Assembly: GCA_964019425.1 (NCBI GenBank)
Contig: OZ025788.1
Coordinates: 1,178,001 to 1,242,000, forward strand
Length of the DNA: 64,000 nt
Direction: 5' to 3'
DNA from: Flectonema sp. DT1601
Taxonomy: Eukaryota
Of the stretch, positions 1 through 12,668 are shown piece by piece. Under the pieces are notes generated by a model, which saw only the letters and a program-made list of their open reading frames with translations, was not told the origin of the DNA and searched no databases. The translations under genes and the position numbers were made by a program. How positions within the stretch are numbered: position 1 is the first letter of the stretch; each line of letters begins with the position of its first letter.

Positions 1-2
1 TT

Positions 3-1283
3 CATGCCCTTCTCGGATCGTTAATAAATGTAATCTTTAAAGGAAAATACAACGGTCACATCCTACTTAAATTCCCTGGAGGTACTTGTTTTATACCAAT
101 ATTCTTATATCAAGGAAGTGTTGCAGCTGCGTGGAGGATGCTTGTCCGTCCTGAACAACTTTGGGAAGTCGGTGTTGCAATTATTACGTTAGTGGTGGTT
201 GGAATTGGATTTCCGTTCAGTCTTTATAAACATGTCTTGAGAAATATACCTGACAACTCTGTTTACCAAAACGAACCTCCTCCAATTAATAAAATTAAAA
301 AATATTTTTTGGGACCTGGAGAGTGGGTTTCAAGGTCTGGAAATTTTCACGGATTTTGGGGAACTCTGTACAAGTCATTTACAAAGAAGGGAATGATCTT
401 TACTCTGACGATGTGGTTACTAATTGCGAATATGTTGTCAATCGGATCTGCTGTACCGAGAACGACATTAGTAGCTTGTGGTTTGAGAAATTTATTTTCG
501 AGTCTTATTATTTTTATGCTAATTCCACTGACACTTTACAACAAACCATTTGTCCGACCGAGAGACACTACTCATGAGATATGTCAGTCTTTGAGTCAAG
601 GAACTGCAATCTTACTCCGTGGGATTTCATTCTTATCAGGAAATGTTGAAGGGACAGCATTCTCAGTTGCAGATGTGTTGATATTTATGTCTACGGGGTT
701 TGCGATCGGTAAAGCCTTAGCAGATTGTGCTACGGAAATCATAAGACATTGTACAGGTAGAGAAGAAAAACTCCGCCAACACTACCTCATCTCAAACAGT
801 CTCGATATTGCTGATGTAGAAAGTTTGGAAGAACTTATGATGACAGAAAATAATTTAAACACAACAATCTTATCGGATAATCTTGATGACAAACCTCAGA
901 ACTCAATGAATTCAATATCTGTTCCTTCTCCTGATGGCAGCTATCCAACTACCCCAGCAGCGCTTAGTCCATCGGAAGCTTTTATGGGATCGAGACACTT
1001 TGCTTCTGATTTTGGGAGGGGGACATCAAAGCCTCGTTCTCGTTCTCCGTCTCCCTTCAAATGCACATCTCCGTTCGTTCTATCTCCACCTCGTCCTCGT
1101 AGTAGATTATCAACAACTTATACATCTATTGATGATTGCTTTATTGATCAAGATCAAGGACCTGCTGGTCGTACTCGACAACGTTCCAGTAGTGGAATAG
1201 ACAGCAGAGGAAGTGAAGTATCTGTTGGACGTGGTAGGAATAGAGGATCAACAGCAACTAGACAGGGCATGTTAACTGTGTAG
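3..1283 (+). CDS. 3' part of a multi-pass membrane protein (several TM helices, then a Ser/Arg/Pro-rich tail); 5' end lies upstream of the window
   Basis: The frame of ORF 138..1283 is already open from position 3. Hydrophobic segments (VGVAIITLVVVGIGFPF, MIFTLTMWLLIANMLSIG, LFSSLIIFMLIPLTL, VADVLIFMSTGFAIG) precede a low-complexity tail. Confidence 0.75.
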   Translation, partial: HALLGSLINVIFKGKYNGHILLKFPGGTCFIPIFLYQGSVAAAWRMLVRPEQLWEVGVAIITLVVVGIGFPFSLYKHVLRNIPDNSVYQNEPPPINKIKKYFLGPGEWVSRSGNFHGFWGTLYKSFTKKGMIFTLTMWLLIANMLSIGSAVPRTTLVACGLRNLFSSLIIFMLIPLTLYNKPFVRPRDTTHEICQSLSQGTAILLRGISFLSGNVEGTAFSVADVLIFMSTGFAIGKALADCATEIIRHCTGREEKLRQHYLISNSLDIADVESLEELMMTENNLNTTILSDNLDDKPQNSMNSISVPSPDGSYPTTPAALSPSEAFMGSRHFASDFGRGTSKPRSRSPSPFKCTSPFVLSPPRPRSRLSTTYTSIDDCFIDQDQGPAGRTRQRSSSGIDSRGSEVSVGRGRNRGSTATRQGMLTV

Positions 1284-4261
1284 CTCCACTCTTTGGGGTT
1301 TCCATCCATAACCTCCGAAAAGTATTATTTGTCACAATTTTCACTCCACTTCATGACCTCAAAAACAGGTTGCTCATCTTCGACTCTCTTGCACTGAAGA
1401 CTTGTCACCTTTGGTCTGTTGTGTTTATGGAAGCGAAAATATTTTAAAACCGAATGTTTGGAAGACGTCTTACGTAGTATTTTAATTCTCTCTTTTTGTG
1501 GTGGTTGTCGACGTACTCTTCCTCTTCCTCTTCCTCTTCCTCTGTTATTGTTTTTACGGAAGAATTTTATTATTCTTTTTTAAAATGATAGTTTGATTAC
1601 CTAACTCGGACATTATTCGATGGTCGGGGTGTATTGTTGTTCTCTTTTTTGCTGGCGATATTTATATAGCTTCGAAAGGCAAAAAAAAAAAAAAAAAAAA
1701 CGAAGTCTTTTTATTTATATTTATATTCATTGTTTGCGAAGGCAATGATATTTTTAAAGTTCGAACGGAAAGCGAACATTCTTTGCTTTTGTCCTGATGG
1801 CCCTCTGTTTCGTTTATTTTTTTTTCATTTCATTATTTTTTATTGTGTTTATCAGAAATGAGGGTTTTTGATCAGTTTTGCTTTTCCATTTTTCTCTCTG
1901 GGAAAACTTTGTATTTGTTAGTGTATTTTTGCTTGTTTGAGTACAGTGCTTTGACTAAGTGTGCAAGCACGCACTTTCCCATATTTTTAAACTGGAAGCA
2001 AAAAAAAAAAAAAAAAAAAAAAAATTATTTATGTTTTTAACACTGCTGTGTTGGATTCCGTACAGAAAGGGGATGTTTAATATCATATTTCTTTTTGTTC
2101 CTACAAACGCAACCAATGCAAGCAAAACAAGAGTGTGTGTGAGAAAGCAAAAAGTGAAGCTTGTTGATTATTCTTCTTAAATTGAACTTTCAAGTGACTA
2201 CTATAAACCAACTAGGGACTCTCTGTTTTCAATTATTGATAACTGTTTTTATAAAAAAGTCTTTCCTTTTTTCTCACTTTGGTTTTATTGTAGTAAATTC
2301 TTGATATTCCTTTGTTGTTTATTCCTAAGTAGTGGTTCAAAATAGGCTGAGATGGTCTGTTGGAATTTGGAAAATAGGAATAGCGGGACGGGGATTTTCA
2401 AATCGCTAAAATCGTATTTTATTTATTTTGTTTTGTTCTCTTTTTTTTTTTTTTTTTTTTGAATTATCTTTTTTTATTCCCTCCCTTGGCGAAAATTCTT
2501 GTATAATCAGCCTTCTCTCACACTGCATGCGGTGGGTCTGGGTAGTCACTTAATTCTGGTCAATTTTCTTCTCGACTCCGTGATGAGCTTCTCCCTGACT
2601 TTGATAAATGAATAAATAAAAATATAACCTCTTCCTTTTTTCCCCTTCTTTTTTTTTTTTTTGAACATGATAAGCGAGTTTTTCTTGCCAACACTTTCTG
2701 TTTAGCTTGGTAAGGATAAAAACTGATTATTTTAAAATTACGCTCCTGTGAAGAACAGAAACACCGAATCATATTTGATGGACCATTTCTTTATCTTTAT
2801 TATTATTTTTTTTTGTTTCTCTGTATCTTGATCGATCTTTAAAAAAAAACAGTTGAATCAGATATGTTGCTTTTTTTTATTAAATATTGCGAGGGAAAAA
2901 AAAAAAAAAAAAAAAAAACTGTTTTAGTTGAATCATGGTTATATTTAAATTTAATCTAGTTTACCGGTGCTAGATCTTTTTTTCTTTTTCTTTTTCTTTT
3001 TCTTTTTCTTAAATTTTTTTTTTTAAAAAAATCTCATGATGGATGCTTTATTTTTTTGCGAATGTGTAGATTGTAGCTTGACTTGAATATGGAAAACTTT
3101 TTTGCGATCTCCTCCTTCTCATTTAAAAAAAAAAAAAAAAAAAAAAACATTTTTTTTTTTACCCCCTTTTAATAAACCACTCTAATCACTAATCACAATT
3201 GTTTTTCTTGTAGATTGGATAAGTTTATACACAAGGGGAGTTTTTTTTTCTTCCAAAATTTAATTTTTTTTTTTTTTTTTTTTACGACTATCAACCCTCT
3301 GTGCTATCCCCATGGAAGGTAATTTTGCCTCCAAAAAAAAAAAAAAAGTTTTTTTTTAGAAAACTGGTTGGTGAGATAGTTTTTTTTCTTCTTTATTTTT
3401 AATTATGATTATTTCAACCATTTTTTTTGTTTTCTTGGTTGAATCGCTTTGGAATTTTCTTTCTTTTGTTCTTTCCCCTTCTTCCTTTTATGTTATAACA
3501 AATAGACAAAACAAATTAAGTCACAGAAAAAAAAAAAAAAAAACAATCGCAGTGACAAAAAAATAATAATCTCTTTTCAATTGTTGTTGTAGCAGAAAGT
3601 GAATATCTGCGACACGTGGGGGAAGAAACCTTTCAGTTCATACTCATACTCTTACTCTTTCTCATTCTCATTTTTTTTTTTGAACTTAGCAACCGCATTG
3701 AACAATTTTTTTGTCTCAGACCCTTCTGTTATAAGTACAAAAAAAAAAAATGGAAAACTTCAAATTCTTTATTTTTTTAAGGTCATTATTTTCCCTCTTT
3801 TTTTTTTCATTCTGTGTTTTTCCTTTTATTTATTTTATTTTATTTTTTTTTTTTTTCAATCTTGTCCATTCATCGAAAATATGTCATGGACGTTAAAACA
3901 TGAAGACATGGTAAAGGCAATTGACTTGAAGTGTCCCACCTCATTCTACTGATGTTGATGGTTGCTAATCTCTTGATCTGTTGTTTCCTGTGTTGAAAAT
4001 TAACAAAATGATTCGTTTCTTCATCGTCTTGTGTGTGCATTCCTCTTTTTTATTATTCATATAGTTTGATATACATTTAAAAAAAAAAAAAAAAAACATA
4101 AAAGGAACAGGTAATTAATCTTTTATTGTCTGAAATATCGCCAGCAGCGATTCAAACAATACTTTCACATTCCATCAGAGTGATTTTAGAGATTTGTGTG
4201 CGTGTTAATTTTATTTATTTATTTAGATTCAGGGAGAAGGGGGCTCAATCACAGCAACAAG

Positions 4262-4849
4262 ATGCCTAAGGAACCCAAACCAGTAGAAATATCTGAGAAG
4301 AAGAAGAAGAAACACAAGAAAGACAAGAAGGAGAAAAAAGAGAAAAAGGATAAAAAGGAAAAGAAGGAAAAGAAATCCGCTGTAGACCCGGAGATTACAG
4401 AAGCAAAACCGATGGCAAGAGTTAAGGAAATACCGGAAATCCAAATTGGAGTTCAGAAGCTTGGTTGGGACGTGTTAGACACCCTGGGCGTTAGAGGAAG
4501 TACCAACTTAGCAACAAAAAGAGTACTCGGAGTTATTAAAAAACAAGAACAGTTCGGTAGAGACAGAAGAGCTATAGATGAATTCTACGACCCAGATTCG
4601 AACGTTCCTCCTCCGACAAAAAGTGATTTATTCTCCGTTGAGGGTCTTCTGTCTGTTCCTCATTCAAAGCAGCTCGTCTCCGATCGTCGCATTACTTATT
4701 CTCGTACCTGTCCTTCAGAATATTGGAAGCAATATGATGGTATGGTATCTTATTGTGAATGGGAAACTCTCTTTTAAAAAAAAACAAGACAAGACAAAAC
4801 AAAACAAAACAAAAAAACAGCACCACAAACAACATCCCGAATGCGGTAG
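4262..4849 (+). CDS. Hypothetical Lys/Glu-rich protein; probable structure join(4262..4739,4821..4849)
   Basis: ATG at 4262 follows an AG, then KKDKKEKK repeats. GTATGG at 4740 and an A/C-rich tract ending CAG at 4820 match the other introns here, and splicing gives ...YDAPQTTSRMR*. Unspliced, the ORF ends at 4777. Confidence 0.6.
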
Positions 4850-5242
4850 CTATTCTTTTGTTAGCTGTAAGGATTTAATTGCTTAAGAGGTCTTTGCTTC
4901 TTCTCTGTGAGCAACAGACTTTCTGACTCGTTAGGATGGTGTGCGCCATCCCATTGAACCTCCGTACCTGTTTAGCTTCAGTTCCTGAAGCATCTTGGTG
5001 TTTGTTTTTGACACTTTTTTTTTTTTAAAAATCTCTTTTTTATGATTCTTATTACGTCATCATTCGATTTGTTTTATCAAAAAAAAAAAAAAAAAAAAAC
5101 AACAAAAACAACAACCTTTTCTTAAAAGTGTTCAATATCATGGTTACACCACTCCAGAACATAATTATATGGTTCGAGCAGAACAGTCTGAATTATTACC
5201 AACGCAGTGGATCAATTTCTTTTTTCACCCCCCAGCAGCCAC

Positions 5243-5272
<30 letters not shown>

Positions 5273-5276
<4 letters not shown>

Positions 5277-7135
5277 ACATTTCCGGAAGCTCCGGAGAAG
5301 AAGATGTCTGGCGTAAGATTAAATGGAATGGATGGGGATCAAGACAAGTCTCAATGAAGCTCTCAGAGTCGAATCCTTTAGAGGCTATTCATCCTTCTGG
5401 TAATTTACTTCCTTCATTAGTGCCTTTTATACAAAAGGAATTGCACGGCAATTCAGAGAGTCCAACTCCATTGAAAACAACACCATCGATTTCTTTGGAA
5501 GAAGCAATAAGAAAACTACCTGCACCGATTGTGAATAAAACCTTTCTGAAGGAGATTCAGTTGGAGAACAGTCAAGTTTGTTTTGAAGGTGAAGCGAGGT
5601 TATGTCACGCTGTTGGAAAGAATTATCGTGATTTGTGGAGGATGAGAAAAGGAATAATCCAAAGACCACCTGATGCAGTATTACTTCCCTCAAGCCATGA
5701 TGATGTTGTACGTATAGTTGATTCTGCTCATAGAAATAATGTTTGTATTATTGCGTTCGGAGGAGGAACAAATGTCGTTGGGGCAATAGAACCAAACCCA
5801 GCTGAAACATCAAGAATGAATATTTCACTTGATATGAGAAGAATGAATAAAATGTTATGGATAGACAAGGATTCTCAAACAGCATGTTTTGAATGTGGTG
5901 TTCTTGGACCTGATCTCGAAGAACAACTATCAAGGTACGGCTTCATGTTAGGACATGATCCAGACTCTCACATCCACAGTACTCTTGGTGGATGGGTAGC
6001 AACTCGTTCAAGTGGAGCACAGTCAAACCGTTACGGGGAAATGGAAGAAATGGTCGTCTCTTTAACATGTGTCACTCCAAGAGGTGTGCTATCTACCCCA
6101 ACTGCGCCCAGAGCAACTGCAGTTTCTCTTAAAGAAATCCTACTCGGTTCTGAAGGATGTTTTGGTGTTTTCACTCACGCCATTATAAAAGTTCAAGCCA
6201 TCCCTGAGGTGAAGTATGTCGAGGGTTGGTTGGTTCCTACTTTCGAAGAAGGTGTTGATTGCTTTAAAGCTGCCACTGCCAAAGATATCCACCCAGCAAC
6301 CCTAAGACTGTATGATGATGACGAAACCCGACTATCCTTCGCAATGAAATTTAAACCAACATTCACTCAGAAGATTATTTCTGATGGAATTAAAAAGTTT
6401 GCTGAAAAATGGAACGGTATGAACCTAGACAAGATATGCTTAGCTATTGTTGGGTACGAGGGAACTAAACAAGATGTCGCTCATCAGAAAAAACTCCTTC
6501 ACAAACATTTAAAGGGAATAAAATGTTTGTGTTTGGGTCAGGCCCCTGGTAAGACATGGCTTGAAAAGAAATATGACCTTCCATACATAAGAGACTTTTC
6601 ACTCAACCATGGTCTTTGGGCTGACGTACTAGAAACAGTAACTGACTACTCACGAGCATTACAGCTTTGGAGGGATGTGAAACAAGCAGTTCGCGACACT
6701 TGGAAAGCCCAAGGTAGATTGGGTTGGGTGGGATGTCATATTGCACATCAGTACAAGACTGGTACATGTCTTTATTTCACATTCGCAGGAGAGCAAACTG
6801 ATGCCAATGACATTGACCAAAGGTTTATTCCTCTGAAAGAAGCAGCAACCGCTGCGATTCTAAAAAATAAAGGAGCCCTTACTCACCATCACGGTATTGG
6901 ATACGAACACGTTCCTTGGATGGAGAAGGCTCACGGAAAAATAGGAATCTATTTAATGCAGGTAATCAAAGAGGCTTGTGATCCAAAGGGTATTTGCAAT
7001 CCAGGAAAGCTACTCCCTCCTAAGGACGATCCTAATAAGTCTGATGAAGAAAATGACGCAATGAAAGCTGCATCATTTATGTTTCACAAGATGGGAGTCC
7101 TAAAATACGCAAACCAACCAAACGCAAAATTATAA
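5273..7135 (+). CDS. AGPS: Alkyl-dihydroxyacetonephosphate synthase (FAD-linked, ether lipid synthesis), peroxisomal/glycosomal
   Basis: Motifs KWNGWG, FGGGTNV, GHDPDS..HSTLGGWVATRSSG..SNRYG, GSEG.FGV, LRLYD, THHHGIG, NPGKL; C-terminal PTS1 -AKL. The true ATG follows the poly-A at 5273. Confidence 0.95.
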
Positions 7136-8366
7136 AAAAAAAATATAATTATTTTAACCTGAGAATTACCAGTTAATTAATTAATTGATTTTTTTTTTTT
7201 TTTTTTTTGAAAGTTCTCCTTATGAAGATGGTGTTGTGCAGTGTTGTGATTAATCGTATTGCCAATATGAAGAAAAAAGAGGAAAAGAAAAAAAAAAAAC
7301 AGTATTTACGGCTTCCGCTTCAAATACAACGTGGGTTGTTGATTTTCTTTTCATTCTTTCTCTTCTCTTCTCTTGGTTCATTTTTCTGTTCTCTCAATTC
7401 CCGCTTACTAAAATATCTTACGCTTGCTACCTGTCGTAATAAAAGGACACCACAAATGTATTTGGGTTATCGTCCTATTTTGAAGAAAAGAAACGAAAAA
7501 AAAAAGAGAAAAAAAAAAAAAAAATCTGTCCCCTGGAAGGTTTCCCTGAGAGATTATATAAGTAAAAATCAAAAAAAAGCAACTTATTTACTTGAGAATG
7601 ACCGTCTTGAAAAGAAAAAAAAAAAGAAAAACAGACGAAGGACATGTGATGGCTTTTTTTTTATATTAAAAATTGTACTTATGCACCGTCGTCAACGCAT
7701 TCTTTTTGTTTAAGTTGTAGTAGTTGGTTGCTTTCGTTTTTTGATTGTTTTCTGTACCAGAAGTCATTGAGTAGGGGTTCCACTTTTTTAATTTGTTTTT
7801 CCATCCCGAAAAAAAAGCTTCTTGACCCCTATTGTGAAGGGAATTGAACTGATTTTAGTCGTCCCCCCCCCAGCTCGACGGGGTCTTCCCTGTTGCTGTA
7901 TGTTGATAACGACTGGACTCAGTTAAACAACGAGATTGCAACACAATTTACGTGTTTCCCTAATTTCCTGCGTGTTTCTATTCCAATTTCCCGTAAAAAA
8001 AAAAACGTTTTCAACATAACGTAAAGTAGGAAAACTTAATAAAAAAAACGAACGTGCCGACGGACAACATAAGAAAAATAATGTAACCATACAATACAGC
8101 ACCTAAAGACGCAGACAAGACCACAGTGATGATTCTTCCTATCAGAGGAAATCCATTGAGCCGTATTTATGAGTTTAGTTTGTACTGAATTCTTTATTCT
8201 TTCAACAGGTGAAAAAAAAGACCTACTTTTACTGTAGGTTTGATTGCATGATCTCATGCAGGGTGTTTACCTATATTTTAGTTAACTGTGATCCAAGACG
8301 GATATTTATTTCTTAATTATACTCAAAATATTCAACCCCCCTCTTCAGTGGTAAGTAGCAGCAGTA

Positions 8367-8774
8367 ATGCCTTCAGCTTTCCTTCCAATGTATGCTTTGA
8401 CTATTGGGTTGATGACTGTAATGTTTACATTCGTTATGTCATTTCGTGATGATAAAGCGTTAAGAGATCGCATCGTCGCAGTTTCGGTAGTTCAGCCAAC
8501 TGGTGGTAATGGTGGGAGACATATGAAGAAGAGAACGCCTAAAGTTATCTTCCCGAAACCTGATAACCAAAAAGCTGAAGATGTGTTTGCTGAACTTAAT
8601 AGAATGATGAAACAAAAGGCAAGAGGAAGTATGGAGAATCACGTTATTCACAACGGATTGTTTGCAACACCGCAGCCTCCGACTCTACTGCCACGACCAG
8701 TTTTTACCCCACCAACAAAAAAGCCCAGAGATATTGTGAAGGCGGCGAGGGTTGTTCATCGCGTGCGGCCATAG
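8367..8774 (+). CDS. Small hypothetical protein with an N-terminal signal anchor
   Basis: 135-aa ORF of coding-like composition with a hydrophobic N-terminus; pyrimidine tract and AG at 8348 just upstream. Confidence 0.55.
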   Translation: MPSAFLPMYALTIGLMTVMFTFVMSFRDDKALRDRIVAVSVVQPTGGNGGRHMKKRTPKVIFPKPDNQKAEDVFAELNRMMKQKARGSMENHVIHNGLFATPQPPTLLPRPVFTPPTKKPRDIVKAARVVHRVRP

Positions 8775-9367
8775 CTACTAAATAGAAAATAGATAGGCGT
8801 CTACTTCAGGCTGTTTAGTCATTGAGGCTACGATGTAGCAAACAATCGATCGACTTAACGAGCTTCATCTCTCTGTTGTGTTCCACAGAATTAATTCTGG
8901 GGCAGCGCAGATTGATTTATCATCTTATAATTGTTTTCTGACGTCTCAATTTTTTTTTCTTTCTTTCTTTTTTTTTTTTTTTCAAGTCAACATAAGGGAT
9001 TGTCAATATAGAGATTGCCTGCAATCATCATCTTCTGTTATGTACCACAGAAATAATTCTGGGTCTTCACTCCCCTTATCAACATATCTTTTTTTTTTTG
9101 AAAAAAAAAACTATTGTTCAGCTTACTTGCAGTAATTCCGCACGCTTTTACTGGTTCTGTAGATTATTATGTTGGTATTAAATACTAGCGAAGAGCTGAT
9201 ACTTTTCCTTTCAGCGAGCCTATTGAACTTTGTGGAATTAGTTGGTGAGTCTGAAATTAAATGTTTTTTTTCTTCTCTCCCTTCCCCCTTCTTCGGTTGT
9301 TCATTGACAGATTATATTTTCTGAGTTTTTATCAAAGCATTGTTTAGGTAATGTTAACGATAAAAAA

Positions 9368-9400
<33 letters not shown>

Positions 9401-10332
9401 CCCTCCTTCTTGGCTCGTACATTAATTACGTAAAAAAAAACTAAAAGTGGTTTCTTGCACTGATTCCAATCACGTGTTTTAGCCACTTTTTAATTAAAGG
9501 ATGGAAGCACTGTCATTTTTGTTGAGAAGAATCGCCATTTTCAGAAAGCAAATTGGTGATTAATATTCTCCAAGTGAAGAGGCTTAACGAAGGGTCCTTA
9601 CTTGCGATAAATGCCGTATGGGTTTGGGTAATTTTTTTGGTTCAATAAAAACGGAGTAGATTTCCCTTTTTTTTTTACATGTTTTTCTTTTTTGTTTGAT
9701 TAAGAATAACTAAAAAAGTTGTTACTAAATCGATGTTAGAATTAGTTTACAGCACTCTATTAAAATTAAAATAGGTTTGAGGGATCTATGTACTAACAGT
9801 TCTCCGGAAGGTACTGTTATCTTTTGTATTCTATATATTTCTTTTTTTCCCCCCTTTACAATTAACAAGTTAGCAACACGTAAATGTCCTTTAACTTCCT
9901 CAGTTTAGGTTCATAGTTTTCGTGGAACAAGCAAACAAAAATATCCAATTTCTATGTAGTTTTAAAAAAGTTAAGGTCGTTTTTTTTTTTTTTTTTGGTT
10001 ACGCGATTTTCTTTTGTTATCTCATTTTTTAACTTTCTCATAATTTATGTTATTATTCGGTGTTTGTGTTTTTATGTTTTCCCTTCACATGAGTTCTTAT
10101 TTCTAGACACTTTTTTCGTTTTTCTTGTGTGTTTCCCTCTCAAAAAATAAAATAAAAATTAAAATCAATGATCCCCTTACATGCGGGTATATAGGTTTAG
10201 AACTAATAAAAATGACGTTTTTATAAATTACGATTTGTTTAAAGTGACGATTTCTGTTATTGGCTTTCCATTAACAACAATTGGCGCCAATAAATTTACT
10301 CAAAGTAATTCGATTCATATTTATTATTATTA

Positions 10333-11952
10333 CTGTAATTATAATAAATATGAATCGAATATAAATATCACGGTGTATAAAAAAATTGGAGTATAACAAC
10401 TTTGAATATAAAAAAGATGGTGGATTCTCGGAAAAAAAACTTGGTGGATTTTTATAAAAAAGTATGAAAGTACGCATTTTGACTGTAAAATGGTAGTTTT
10501 TGGGGATGAAATTTTTCACACTATGCGGAATTTTTTGAAAAAACGGGATCCTTTTGAACCCCTGAAGACGTCGGTAAGCAAGGTGGAGCTGGGTTTGATA
10601 AAGAAAGAGGAGCGGGTAAAAGAGCACAAACGTCTCGCTGCTATGAGAAGTGGTCAAGGGGGGAGTTGCTTAACATTGGTGAGATGGTGAACTCTGCCAC
10701 CAATGTGTCAAGGGCGATTGCATACTTCAACACGGACCATAAGAAGAGATCAACAGTGCAGGCAGGGCAATGAAACTCTTGGTTGAAGAACAAAAGAGGA
10801 AGACAAAGGGAGAACCACTAGAAGAGCAGGTGAAATCTGGGAGACCAACCATCTTAACCACTGATGAGGAAGCGGGTGCTCGATTTAATTGAGAATATCC
10901 GTGCCTATGGTGGCTCTGTGTTTGCTTCTCTTCTCTGGTTTCAAGCACAGGTGATACGCCGGAACGCGTGGATTCCGGTTCCCTACAAGCAACATGGACC
11001 TACAAGTTCCTGGAACGGAAGGGTTGGATACCGTCTTGGAACCACTGCGAAAGTAGCGCCTGAAGCAGAACTCCTATCAGCTGGGTCAAGGTTTCTGGGC
11101 AATAGTCCAGGAGCTGGGACTCCGATCGGATCACCCTGGCCTCGCAGTATATGACCAGTTTAGGGGCAGATAACTGAGGAAGTCCTTCGTCGATTTGAAG
11201 AAGCCAATATCACGGTTATACTGGTGCAAGGCGGATGGACTTCTAATCTCCGGCCGCTGGATCTAACTGTCATGGCCAACTTCAAAGAAGCATCAAACTT
11301 TCTTGGTGAGTGGATGACAGAGCAGATGCGCAAGCGGGAGGAAAAGTTGAAAAAATCAAATCAAGAAGCTGATAGAAACTTTAAAGCGCGCTGCGAAAGG
11401 GAAGGGTCCAGATAGTGACAGCCCTTGATAGCATTACGAAAAATACTATCATGGCTGGTTTTATAAAAGCAGGTATTGTGAATCCTGCAAATCCACTCGA
11501 GCTCCTGAAGTCCGTAGTTGTGAACATGAGTTCATGTTTCTTACCGCACCTCATACCTCGGTGTCGTCTAGACTACTACTTGCTGCTTTTAGGAATTTTG
11601 ACATCATTCATTAAGACTGGTGTGCAACCAGCTACCAACAACGTTATTTGTGGATATGTTGTCCTGATATGTATCTGGAAGCAACTTCAACATTAGTTAT
11701 CAATCCCCACCAGGTTGGTACACAAGACCAGCCTGTAGAACTTTAACCAGTTCAAAATGTCGATAATTTAGTACCAAAATCAAAAGAAAATGGTCAAAAA
11801 AAAAATTTTTATTTTTCTGGAATCCGAATTTTGCTAAGTGTTTTCTGTGAATGATTGTACTAAAAAAACTTTGGATATAATAAAGATGGTAGATTTGGCC
11901 ATTTTTTGGAGATTTGGAGACTTTTTATACACCATGATATTTATAATTACGG
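10333..11952 (+). mobile_element. Decayed pogo-superfamily (Tc1/mariner-like) DNA transposon with TIRs and TA target duplication
   Basis: Left end TA|CTGTAATTATA...ATAAATATCACGGTGTATAAAAA versus reverse complement of the right end TA|CCGTAATTATAAATATCATGGTGTATAAAAA. Frameshifted transposase pieces: GRPTILTTDEE/RVLDLIENIRAYG (CENP-B-like HTH), YDQFRG/QITEEV...VQGGWTSNLRPLD..MANFK (DDE_1-like) and IMAGFIKAGI. Confidence 0.85.
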
Positions 11953-11968
11953 TATTATTATTATTATT

Positions 11969-12668
11969 CATAGATGGAAGTGCCCTACAATTTGGAGGGC
12001 GTGTAGGGCGCTTGTAGGGCGCTTTTAATATAAATATTATTTTGGAGGGCGCTTTTTTTTCCCTTTTTTATTACTATAAGACAGCTAAATTGACGGGGAC
12101 TTACACTGACGCACAAGTATTTTGACGCAGAAGCCAAAAAACTTTTTTTTGACATACTTGGCAGTCTTTCGAAAAAGAGAAAAAAGGGTGTCACGGGGTT
12201 CGAACCCGAGACCTCCAGGTCATGGTTCGGCGGTCAACAATGGCAAAAACAATGGGCCACTCCGAGCTGAAACTCATTTCAGTGGACAATGCATCCCAGA
12301 TCTACAAGGAGCTGATTAGCCCGCAGAATGCACCGAGTCGAATATAGAGGGATTCGAGGAGGGAGAGTGCGTACTTGCTAACCTGTTAATAGGCCGGTCT
12401 TCACGGTACCTTGTGAGAAAAAAAAGAAGTTTACTGGTGGCAAGTAAACTGATATCCCAGAGACGCATTTGATCGGGCGAACCGGAGAAAAGTCAAATAA
12501 GATGCGATTCGACCCTCGCTGAGAGCAGGGGTGTGTCAAAACGAGCTCGGCATTAAGTCTAATTAAAAAAGCGCCCTACGCGCCCTCCAGCCCTGTTTTG
12601 GCCCTACAAATTTTTGTGGCTGATTTTCACCAGGCGCCCTCCAAATTTGGAGGGCACTTCCATCTATG
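11969..12668. mobile_element. 700-bp non-autonomous TIR element in an (ATT)n tract
   Basis: TIR of about 33 bp: CATAGATGGAAGTGCCCTACAATTTGGAGGGCG versus reverse complement of the right end CATAGATGGAAGTGCCCTCCAAATTTGGAGGGCG. Subterminal AGGGCG/CGCCCT repeats, (ATT)n on both sides, no credible ORF. Confidence 0.85.
12186..12275 (-). pseudogene. Degenerate tRNA-like / Pol III A-box and B-box module inside the TIR element
   Basis: The minus strand reads GAGTTTCAGCTCGGAGTGG...GAGGTCTCGGGTTCGAACCCCGTGACACCC followed by a T run. The T-arm is clear and the acceptor stem pairs 6/8, but no anticodon arm is assignable and there is an internal T5. Confidence 0.45.
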
